A stretch of 64,000 nucleotides of DNA, from the NCBI GenBank assembly GCA_037143275.1, contig JBAWZB010000004.1, positions 23,998 through 87,997 on the forward strand. The letters are read 5' to 3'. The notes under the pieces were generated by a model that saw nothing but the letters and a program-made list of their open reading frames with translations, searched no databases and was not told where the DNA came from. The translations under genes were made by a program, and so were the position numbers. Shown here piece after piece: positions 1 through 8,050 of the stretch. Source of the stretch: Chitinophagia bacterium (lineage in GTDB: Bacteria; Bacteroidota; Bacteroidia; Chitinophagales; Chitinophagaceae). The first letter of the stretch is position 1. The number at the start of each line of letters is the position of its first letter.

Positions 1-642
1 CTGCGTCAATGCAATGGCTTCGGATAACGTAAAATGTGTGGGATGCGCATCGGGACGCAGTGCATTTAGAATGAGGACTTTGGACCCTTTAATTTGCTCT
101 AAGGCTTCTGCCGAAATATAATTGGCATCTGTGATATAAGTAAAGTCGCCAATTCTAAATCCTAGAACTGGCATCTCGCGATGCATGACTTGTATTGGTG
201 TCAATTGCATATCCCCAATCTTAAAAGGGGTTTCATGATCAATGGTATGCAATTGCATTTCTGGTAATCCTGCCTCTTTATCTGCTTCAAAAGCATAATA
301 AAAATCACGTCGAATGGCGACTTGTGTGATGGTGTTAGCATATATCGGCATGGATTTACCCGAAAAAAAATTGAACGGTCTAATGTCATCCAATCCTGCA
401 TAATGATCTCGATGGGGATGGGTAAAAACCACTGCATCTATATGAGTTGTTTTTGTGCGTAGCATTTGATACCTAAAATCTGGTGTCGTATCGATGATGA
501 TACAAGTGGTGTCAGATTCTATTTTGATACTTGTTCTTAATCTATTGTCCCTGGGATCATTTGAAATACATACAGGACATGCACATCCTATGAGGGGAAC
601 CCCAGTACTGGTGCCTGATCCTAGAATAGTGATACGTAACAA
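1..642 (-). CDS. PhnP-like metallo-beta-lactamase-fold hydrolase (3' end truncated by the window edge)
   Basis: Not in the ORF track. My manual translation from TTG at 642 gives MLRITILGSGTSTGVPLIGC...FTHPHRDHYAGLDD...GFRIGDFTYITD, with an HxHxDH motif, and the frame stays open to base 1. Confidence 0.85.
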   Translation of the reverse strand, partial: MLRITILGSGTSTGVPLIGCACPVCISNDPRDNRLRTSIKIESDTTCIIIDTTPDFRYQMLRTKTTHIDAVVFTHPHRDHYAGLDDIRPFNFFSGKSMPIYANTITQVAIRRDFYYAFEADKEAGLPEMQLHTIDHETPFKIGDMQLTPIQVMHREMPVLGFRIGDFTYITDANYISAEALEQIKGSKVLILNALRPDAHPTHFTLSEAIALTQ

Positions 643-660
643 AATAGATAGGGTTAATAT

Positions 661-933
661 TTATGCTTCTGTCAATGCAATGCGCTTCACTTCCTCGTAT
701 AATTTTTGAGAATCAAGCGTCAACTTATCAAAATCGATGGTGAGTTGTGGAATCAATTCAAGTAAGGTATTGATTCTGGCTTCCAAATTTAAAAACTTGT
801 TCAAAACCACAATCTTCTTGAATTCAAGCAAACACCACCCACTCTGGAAATTACCTCGTTCGTATCGAACGACGTATTCTGATTCGCCTAAAATATCTTC
901 TAATTTATCTAAAGTGCCTTGTGTGATTTTCAT
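661..933 (-). CDS. small hypothetical protein (90 aa)
   Basis: Clean ORF with its own TATCTTTG box (988-981), in tandem with the hydrolase gene; no motif recognised. Confidence 0.7.
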   Translation of the reverse strand: MKITQGTLDKLEDILGESEYVVRYERGNFQSGWCLLEFKKIVVLNKFLNLEARINTLLELIPQLTIDFDKLTLDSQKLYEEVKRIALTEA

Positions 934-980
934 AAAATTGGGCAGTTTTAAGTCCGTTTAACCTTCATTAAGCTGTGCTA

Positions 981-988
981 CAAAGATA
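981..988 (-). promoter_or_regulatory. Bacteroidota -7 promoter element TATCTTTG
   Basis: Matches TAnnTTTG upstream of the 933-661 ORF. Confidence 0.55.
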
Positions 989-1027
989 GTTTTTTGGAGG
1001 TGTCGCTATTTAAATAAAACGCAGGAG

Positions 1028-1049
1028 TTATTCACATTTCGTACCTTTG
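1028..1049 (+). promoter_or_regulatory. DnaA-box match TTATTCACA followed by -7 element TACCTTTG
   Basis: TTATTCACA at 1028-1036 fits TTWTNCACA; TACCTTTG is at 1042-1049, upstream of the ATG at 1066. Confidence 0.5.
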
Positions 1050-1065
1050 TCAACACATTTAGCTT

Positions 1066-2295
1066 ATGGAATTTTTGACTCGAAAAATGATCAATGATCC
1101 AGTACATGGATTTATTACGATCAATGACCCGTTGATATTTGCCATTTTCAACCATCCTTTTTTTCAGCGATTAAGAAGGATACAACAAATGGCTTTAGCA
1201 CAACTCGTTTATCCCGGTGCTGTACATACAAGATTGCACCATTCTTTGGGTGCCTATCAATTAATGTGTAATGCCATCAATGAACTTAGAGATAAGGGCA
1301 TTGATATTAGTGCAGAAGAAGCGCAAGCAGCAAAAGCGGCCATTTTAATGCATGATATTGGCCATGGACCTTATTCACATGCTTTAGAAAATGAATTGAT
1401 AAAAGGGGTACACCACGAGGCGCTTTCTTTATTAATTATGAATCAACTCAATGCAGATTCAAACCCTGTTTTGAATGGTCAATTGACCATGGCGATTCAA
1501 ATTTTTACCAACCAATATCCTAAAACTTTTTTACATCAATTAATTAGTGGACAGCTTGATGTAGATAGGTTAGATTATTTATCTAGAGATAGTTTCTTTA
1601 CAGGTGTCAGTGAAGGCGTGGTGGGCTATGAGCGCATTTTAAAAATGCTGAATGTAAAAGACAATATTTTATTGGTCGAAGAAAAAGGGGTCAATAGTGT
1701 AGAGAAATTTTTAGTCTCCAGGATGCTGATGTATTGGCAAGTATACCGACATAAAACAGTGATTGCTGCAGAAAATATGTTGATTAAAATTATCCAAAGA
1801 GCAAAAGCATTGGCAAAAGCTAAAGATAGTACCATTGCAATAGGTGGCGTTTTGGATTATTTTTTATCCAATGAATTTACGGCTATTGATCAAATTGATT
1901 TAGCCGCCTATTGTCAATTAGATGATACGGATATTCTATTCGCCATCAAAAAATGGCAATCCCATTCAGATCCAATTTTATCCTTATTGTGTCATCGATT
2001 GTTGAATCGAAAAATATACAAATGTCAGTTGCAATCAGAACCCATTACTGAGGCTGCCTTAAATCAAGCCTTAACAGCTACAAAAGCTAGGTTCAATGTG
2101 GATGATGAAGCTGCTGCGTTTCTATGTTTTAAAGGAGAGACGAGCAATACTTTATATAAGAATGACAGTGAGAATATCCATATTTTGCTAAAAAAAGGTG
2201 AAATTTCTACCATTTCAGAGGTGCAGAACGCATTAATTGTTGAAAGTCTTTCTACCCCAGTTAAAAAATTTTACATTTGTTTGTTCAACGAATAA
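1066..2295 (+). CDS. HD-domain phosphohydrolase, SAMHD1/EF1143-like dNTP triphosphohydrolase family
   Basis: Motifs NDPVHG, RLRRIQQ, HTRLHHSLG, HDIGHGPYSH and DVDRLDY. Confidence 0.85.
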   Translation: MEFLTRKMINDPVHGFITINDPLIFAIFNHPFFQRLRRIQQMALAQLVYPGAVHTRLHHSLGAYQLMCNAINELRDKGIDISAEEAQAAKAAILMHDIGHGPYSHALENELIKGVHHEALSLLIMNQLNADSNPVLNGQLTMAIQIFTNQYPKTFLHQLISGQLDVDRLDYLSRDSFFTGVSEGVVGYERILKMLNVKDNILLVEEKGVNSVEKFLVSRMLMYWQVYRHKTVIAAENMLIKIIQRAKALAKAKDSTIAIGGVLDYFLSNEFTAIDQIDLAAYCQLDDTDILFAIKKWQSHSDPILSLLCHRLLNRKIYKCQLQSEPITEAALNQALTATKARFNVDDEAAAFLCFKGETSNTLYKNDSENIHILLKKGEISTISEVQNALIVESLSTPVKKFYICLFNE

Positions 2296-2323
2296 CCCCC
2301 AATTCAAATAAATAACGCAAAGC

Positions 2324-3370
2324 ATGCTAGAATTTAGTGCCCAACAGATCGCATTGATGGTTCAAGGTCAAGTAGAAGGTGATGCATCCGTAACTGTTCA
2401 TAATTTTGGTAAAATAGAGGAAGCGACTGCAGGTCAAATCTCTTTTTTAGCTAACCCTAGATACGAGGCATTTTTATATGCTACTGCTGCTTCCATTATT
2501 ATCATTAGCGATCAGCAAGTATTAAAACAAAAAATAAATGCCACTTTAATTAGGGTGCCAGATGCCTATGCTGCATTTGCTACCCTGCTTACAAAATACC
2601 AAGAACTAAAAACACAACAACTGGTAGGGATTCAAACCCCTTCATTTATTGCACCAACTGCTAGTTTAGGTGCAAACCATTTTATTGCTGCTTTTGCTTA
2701 TATCGGTGAAGCTGTTGTATTAGGAGAGCAAGTGAAAATATTTAGCAATGTAGTCATTGGAGAAAATGTAAAAATTGGCCATCATGTGACCATCCATCCA
2801 GGAGTCGTGATTTATGCAGATTGTGTTATTGGAAATCATGTGACCATTCATAGTGGAAGTATTATTGGAAGTGATGGTTTTGGATTTGCCCCAAAAGAAG
2901 ATGGAAGTTTTCAAAAAGTGCCACAACTTGGAAATGTAGTCATTGAAGATGATGTTGAAATTGGCGCCAACACCACTATTGATAGAGCCACCATTGGATC
3001 TACTATCATTCGTAAAGGCGTTAAATTAGACAATCAAATTCAGGTAGCACACAATGCAGAAATAGGAACCAATACTGTCATCGCGGCTCAAACAGGTATT
3101 AGTGGAAGTACAAAGATTGGAAAGAACGTCATGATTGGAGGACAGGCTGGTTTAGCTGGTCATATTGCCATTGCAGATGGAATAAAAATTGCAGGAGGTG
3201 CTGGTGTTACAAAAACATTTACAACTGCAAATATGACCCTTGCGGGTTACCCTGCAGTAGACCAAAAACAAAGCTTAAGAAGCCAGGTTTATGTCAAAAA
3301 TCTCCCAGAATTGGAAAAAAGAGTACAAGAACTCGAAATATTAGTACAGCAACTGTCTCAAAAAGCGTAA
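2324..3370 (+). CDS. lpxD: UDP-3-O-acyl-glucosamine N-acyltransferase
   Basis: Hexapeptide repeats, GSDGFGFA, IGANTTIDRA and KLDNQIQVAHN; lies in the lipid A cluster. Confidence 0.95.
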   Translation: MLEFSAQQIALMVQGQVEGDASVTVHNFGKIEEATAGQISFLANPRYEAFLYATAASIIIISDQQVLKQKINATLIRVPDAYAAFATLLTKYQELKTQQLVGIQTPSFIAPTASLGANHFIAAFAYIGEAVVLGEQVKIFSNVVIGENVKIGHHVTIHPGVVIYADCVIGNHVTIHSGSIIGSDGFGFAPKEDGSFQKVPQLGNVVIEDDVEIGANTTIDRATIGSTIIRKGVKLDNQIQVAHNAEIGTNTVIAAQTGISGSTKIGKNVMIGGQAGLAGHIAIADGIKIAGGAGVTKTFTTANMTLAGYPAVDQKQSLRSQVYVKNLPELEKRVQELEILVQQLSQKA

Positions 3371-3430
3371 ATCAGGCGTATTTTTGCTTTAAATCAAGCT
3401 TTTAAGTAAGCTATTCTAAATTAGTTATAC

Positions 3431-4840
3431 ATGGATCAACATTTTAATCCCGATAAGCAACATACCTTATGTCAAAGTATCAGTATTAGCGGAACCGGTT
3501 TGCATACAGGGGTTTTAGTAGATATGACTTTGCTTCCTGCAAATCCTGGATTTGGTATTCAGTTTCAAAGAATTGATTTACCTAATCAACCGATGATCAA
3601 AGCGGATTGTGATTTAGTCACAGATACAAGTCGTGGAACAACTTTACAAGTGGGTGATGCTAAAGTAAGCACGGTGGAACATATCCTTGCTGCATTAGTT
3701 GGTTTAGGTGTGGACAATCTTTTGATTGAATTAAACGGGCCAGAAATTCCAATCATGGATGGTAGCTCTGCTCCATTCATTGAGGCCATTGAAAATGTGG
3801 GTGTATTAGAACAAGACGCGGCAAAAGCATGGTACAGTATAGATGAAAATATTTTTCACTACGACGAAGATAAACGTGTAGAAATGGTTGCTTTGCCTGC
3901 ATTGGATTATCAAATCACCACCCTGATAGATTTTAATAGTCCTGTATTAGGAACCCAACACGCCGCCCTTAAAACTATCAAAGATTTTAAAGCAGAAATT
4001 TCACCTTGTAGAACTTTTTGTTTTTTACATGAATTAGAAACGCTTTTAGAAAATGATTTAATTAAAGGCGGAGATATCAATAACGCCATAGTCGTGGTAG
4101 ATAAGCCTGTAACCAAAGAAGAGATGAGTCGTTTAGCTAAAGTATTTAAGCGAGATAAAATAGAAGTAAAAAGCGAAGGCTATTTAAATAATTTAGAATT
4201 AAGATTTCCAAATGAACCTGCACGTCATAAATTATTAGATGTAATTGGTGATTTAGCATTGATAGGCTATCCAATTAAAGCAAGAATTATTGCCAATCGT
4301 CCTGGACATAGCAGCAATGTTGAATTTGCTAAAAAAATAAAGCAGTACATCAAAAAAAATAAACACGTTAAAGATGTACCTGTATATGATCCAAGTGCTA
4401 CCCCTGTCTTTACTTTAGAACAAATTGAAAAAACTTTACCACATCGTCATCCATTTTTATTGGTAGATAAGATCATTGAATTGACAGACACTTCTATTGT
4501 AGGTGTTAAGAATGTCACTTTCAACGAATGGTTTTTTCCAGGACATTTTCCAGGTAATCCAGTAATGCCAGGAGTTCTACAAATAGAGGCACTGGCACAA
4601 ACAGGTGGGATTCTTTGTATTAACGCCATGCCTAAAGGCAATTATGATACCTATTTTTTAAAAATCAACAATTGTAAATTTAAGCAAATGGTGAAGCCTG
4701 GTGATACCATGTTACTTAAATTAGAATTGATGGCTCCAATACGCAGAGGAATTTGCGAAATGCGTGGAACGGTTTATGTAAATGGAAAAGTAGCCACGGA
4801 GTCAGAACTAGTTGCTCAAGTTGTAAAAAGAGCAGAATAA
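3431..4840 (+). CDS. lpxC-fabZ: bifunctional LpxC deacetylase / FabZ dehydratase
   Basis: LpxC motifs GTGLHTG, TVEHILAAL and RHKLLDVIGDL; FabZ motifs HRHPFLLVD and GHFPGNPVMPGVLQIEALAQ. Confidence 0.96.
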   Translation: MDQHFNPDKQHTLCQSISISGTGLHTGVLVDMTLLPANPGFGIQFQRIDLPNQPMIKADCDLVTDTSRGTTLQVGDAKVSTVEHILAALVGLGVDNLLIELNGPEIPIMDGSSAPFIEAIENVGVLEQDAAKAWYSIDENIFHYDEDKRVEMVALPALDYQITTLIDFNSPVLGTQHAALKTIKDFKAEISPCRTFCFLHELETLLENDLIKGGDINNAIVVVDKPVTKEEMSRLAKVFKRDKIEVKSEGYLNNLELRFPNEPARHKLLDVIGDLALIGYPIKARIIANRPGHSSNVEFAKKIKQYIKKNKHVKDVPVYDPSATPVFTLEQIEKTLPHRHPFLLVDKIIELTDTSIVGVKNVTFNEWFFPGHFPGNPVMPGVLQIEALAQTGGILCINAMPKGNYDTYFLKINNCKFKQMVKPGDTMLLKLELMAPIRRGICEMRGTVYVNGKVATESELVAQVVKRAE

Positions 4841-4850
4841 ATTTATACCT

Positions 4851-5648
4851 ATGACACATCCATTTACTTATATAGATCCTAATGCTAAAGTGGCACCCAA
4901 TGTTAAAATTGATCCCTTCACCGTGATACATGGCGATGTGACAATTGGAGAAGGTACCTGGATTGGAAGTAATGTCACAATTATGAATGGCACTAGCATA
5001 GGAAAAAATTGTCGCATCTTTCCAGGTGCAGTCATTGGTGCTGATCCTCAGGATTTAAAATTCAATGGAGAAAAAACGACTGTTGCAATTGGAGACCATA
5101 CCACTATCAGAGAATTTGTAACGATTAATAGAGGTACCTCTGATCGTTGGGTTACAAAAGTGGGAAGCCATTGCTTGATTATGGCCTATAGTCATATTGC
5201 GCATGATTGTATCATTGGCAATCATTGTATTTTAAGCAACAGTGTTCAAGTGGCTGGTCATGTGACTTTAGGAGACTACGCGTGGATTGCTGGCGTGAGT
5301 GCTGTGCATCAATTTGTACATATTGGACAACATTCCTATATCGCTGGAGGTAGCTTGGTAAGTAAAGATGTGCCTCCTTATATTAAAGCTGTTAGGAATC
5401 CGTTGAGTTATGGAGGCGTGAACAGTGTTGGATTAAAAAGAAGAGGATTTGATTTAGAAAAGATCAATCATATTTTAGATATCTATCGTTATATTTTTAA
5501 TAAAGGGATGAACACCACACAGGCACTCGCTTTTATCGAGGAAGAGTTGCCAGCGACCGATGAGCGCGATGAAATTGTCACTTTTATTAGAGACAGTGGA
5601 AGGGGCATCATCAAGCGTTTTGTCAAAGGTGCATTAGATGATGAGTAA
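4851..5648 (+). CDS. lpxA: UDP-N-acetylglucosamine O-acyltransferase
   Basis: Hexapeptide repeats, PQDLKF, IREFVTINRGT and HIAHDC. Confidence 0.95.
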   Translation: MTHPFTYIDPNAKVAPNVKIDPFTVIHGDVTIGEGTWIGSNVTIMNGTSIGKNCRIFPGAVIGADPQDLKFNGEKTTVAIGDHTTIREFVTINRGTSDRWVTKVGSHCLIMAYSHIAHDCIIGNHCILSNSVQVAGHVTLGDYAWIAGVSAVHQFVHIGQHSYIAGGSLVSKDVPPYIKAVRNPLSYGGVNSVGLKRRGFDLEKINHILDIYRYIFNKGMNTTQALAFIEEELPATDERDEIVTFIRDSGRGIIKRFVKGALDDE

Positions 5649-5649
5649 T

Positions 5650-6273
5650 ATGCAAATTCAACTTACTGCTGCATCAAAAAGATTCAATCAAGAATGGATT
5701 TTCTCCAATCTGGATTTCAGTTTTATGACTGGTCAACATTATGCATTGGTAGGAAATAACGGGTCTGGTAAAAGCACACTCCTGCAAATTATTGCTGGCT
5801 ATATTGGACTTACAAAAGGTCGGATCAATTGGGTCAACAGGGCTGGGGAAAATATAGATAGCTCAAATATATTCAAACATATCAGCATTGCTGCACCCTA
5901 TTTAGAATTGGTAGAAGAGTTCACTGCATTAGAACAAATTGCATTTCATCAACGATTTAAATCCATCCAATCTACTATTCTGCCTCATGAAATATTAGAA
6001 AAAATTGGACTGAGTAATACGGCCAACAAACAAATACGAAACTTTAGTAGTGGGATGAAACAAAGATTAAAATTGGCCTTGGCTATTTTTGATCAATCAC
6101 CCATTTTATTATTAGATGAACCATGTAGCAATCTAGATCAAGAAGGCATTCAAACCTATCATGAATTAATGCAAGCACACGCCATGCATAAGTTAATTAT
6201 TGTAGCAAGCAATGATCCACAAGAATACCAATTTTGTACGCAACAATTGGCCCTCTCTGATTTTAAAAAATAA
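5650..6273 (+). CDS. stand-alone ABC ATP-binding protein
   Basis: Walker A GNNGSGKST, signature FSSGMKQ, Walker B LLLDE. I chose ATG 5650 just after the lpxA stop; the track uses 5638. Confidence 0.85.
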   Translation: MQIQLTAASKRFNQEWIFSNLDFSFMTGQHYALVGNNGSGKSTLLQIIAGYIGLTKGRINWVNRAGENIDSSNIFKHISIAAPYLELVEEFTALEQIAFHQRFKSIQSTILPHEILEKIGLSNTANKQIRNFSSGMKQRLKLALAIFDQSPILLLDEPCSNLDQEGIQTYHELMQAHAMHKLIIVASNDPQEYQFCTQQLALSDFKK

Positions 6274-6282
6274 GCGGGTGTC

Positions 6283-7497
6283 CTAGCTCCTACTCGCAAT
6301 CAACAAATTCAAATCGGTGTATTTTAAATTGCATTTTTGACTGATGTAAAAATCAGTCAATGCGCCTTTGTATAAATAAACCCCTTCACGAAGATGTAAT
6401 TGATGCCAAATGATTTCTTCTAAGCCTCCTTGGTCCCCTATCTCCACCATTAAATGCATCAAGACATTGCTTATTGCTTGGCTTGCAGTTCTCGCAAAAC
6501 CACTTGGGATATTAGGCACACCATAATGAATTACATCATGTTTGATAATAATTGGATTTTCATGATTGGTCAATTCAGTCGTTTCAAAACATCCACCTCT
6601 ATCCACCGCCACATCAATGATAATACTGCCTGGACGCATTTGCATCACCATCTCCTCTGTCACTACAATAGGTGCTCTCCCAATTTCATTTCTCAATGCT
6701 CCCACTGCTACTTCGCAGGTTTTAAGTTGCTTAGCTAGTATTTTAGGCTCAATCACAGAAGTCCAAACGCGCTGTCCTAAATTATTTTGTAGTCTTTGTA
6801 ATCTTGATACGTTGTTGTCAAATACTTTCACACTTGCACCCAATGCAAGTGCATTGCGCACTGCAAATTCTCCTGTGATATCGGCACCAATCACCACTAC
6901 TTTAGTTGGAGGAACCCCACTAATACCGCCTAATAAAACCCCCTTGCCTGAATTAAAATTACTGAGGTATTGTCCAGCAATCAGCATCACTGCACTCCCT
7001 ACTATCTCATTCATACTTCTTAAGATAGGGTAGTTTTGATTTTCATCTTTGATATTTTCGATAGATAAAGCAGTAATTTTTTTAGCCATTAATCCTACCA
7101 ATACTTCTTGATTGATTGCAGATAAATGCAATGGCGAAATAATGGTTTGATGCATTTGTAAAAAAGGCAAATCAGATTCAACTGGTGGCGCGGTCTTAAT
7201 TAAAATTGGACATTGGTATACCGCGGCTTTTTCAAAAGCAATTTCCGCCCCTGCTTCTGCATAATCTTTATCGGTATAACGGCTACCATTTCCTGCGCCG
7301 GATTCAACCATCACATGATGTCCATTGGCGACCAACACGCCCACCGCCTCAGGAATTAAGCCAACTCTATTTTCTTGAAATGCAATTTCCTTTGGGATAC
7401 CAATCAATAATGGTTTTGCACTATGAGGGATATCCAACACCTCTTCCTGTGTTTCATAGGAAAATGAAGGAAGAATTTGGGGCTTGGTAACACTCAT
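6283..7497 (-). CDS. ald: alanine dehydrogenase-family protein with N-terminal extension
   Basis: Motifs IGIPKE, ENRVGL, LLGGISGVPP, IIDVAVDRGGCFET and HYGVPNIP. Confidence 0.8.
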   Translation of the reverse strand: MSVTKPQILPSFSYETQEEVLDIPHSAKPLLIGIPKEIAFQENRVGLIPEAVGVLVANGHHVMVESGAGNGSRYTDKDYAEAGAEIAFEKAAVYQCPILIKTAPPVESDLPFLQMHQTIISPLHLSAINQEVLVGLMAKKITALSIENIKDENQNYPILRSMNEIVGSAVMLIAGQYLSNFNSGKGVLLGGISGVPPTKVVVIGADITGEFAVRNALALGASVKVFDNNVSRLQRLQNNLGQRVWTSVIEPKILAKQLKTCEVAVGALRNEIGRAPIVVTEEMVMQMRPGSIIIDVAVDRGGCFETTELTNHENPIIIKHDVIHYGVPNIPSGFARTASQAISNVLMHLMVEIGDQGGLEEIIWHQLHLREGVYLYKGALTDFYISQKCNLKYTDLNLLIASRS

Positions 7498-7552
7498 AAG
7501 TAATATTTTTATGAAGATACAAAAATACCAGAGATCCTAGAACAGGAAAAGC

Positions 7553-7981
7553 CTATTCCATGGGCTGCTTTTCGTGATGGATAAAAATTCTTCGATGATT
7601 GGGATCAATTATTTCAATATGAATCTCCACTGCATGCTCAGGTACTAGATTAGGTGCTTTTTCTGGCCATTCCACCAAAGACAAATCAGCTTCTTCCATG
7701 GCTGCCTCTACCCCAGCCTGCCTTGCCTCCGCCTCATTTTCTAAACGATACCAATCCATATGGTAAACCAATTTACCCTGCACTTCATATTCATTCATAA
7801 TAGAAAATGTAGGACTAGACATCTCTTGCTGAATCCCTAGGGCGCGTCCAATGGCAGCAATTAAAGTTGTCTTACCAGCACCCATAGGTGCTTGAAAGAC
7901 CCACACTGTTTTATTGGCCAATTTTTTTACCAATTGTGCAGCAATTTGATCCGTCTGTTCAAGATTGTACTTAAGGTCCAT
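7553..7981 (-). CDS. tsaE: tRNA threonylcarbamoyladenosine biosynthesis ATPase
   Basis: Motifs APMGAGKTT, SSPTFSIMNEY, HMDWYRL and EWPE. Start moved to ATG 7981 (track 8008). Confidence 0.92.
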   Translation of the reverse strand: MDLKYNLEQTDQIAAQLVKKLANKTVWVFQAPMGAGKTTLIAAIGRALGIQQEMSSPTFSIMNEYEVQGKLVYHMDWYRLENEAEARQAGVEAAMEEADLSLVEWPEKAPNLVPEHAVEIHIEIIDPNHRRIFIHHEKQPME

Positions 7982-8050
7982 ACTGCAAATATAAAGCTTC
8001 AAATACAATCCTAAAATGGTTTCGTACCTTTATGTCATAAATACATCAAT

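Noticed and set aside
201-437. 78-aa minus-strand ORF in the track
   Set aside because: It is an off-frame overlap of the real PhnP-like gene (1-642), which carries the HxHxDH motif.
1371-1379. Additional TTATTCACA matches inside CDSs (1371 and 37910)
   Set aside because: They are isolated and lie within coding sequence; the one at 1371 falls in the GPYSH motif codons.
6454-7490. Several 94-155 aa plus-strand ORFs opposite ald, and similar antisense ORFs across the window (e.g. 12863-13204, 25997-26341, 34816-35172, 59137-59442)
   Set aside because: They are antisense or alternate-frame shadows of well-supported genes, with no motifs or promoters.
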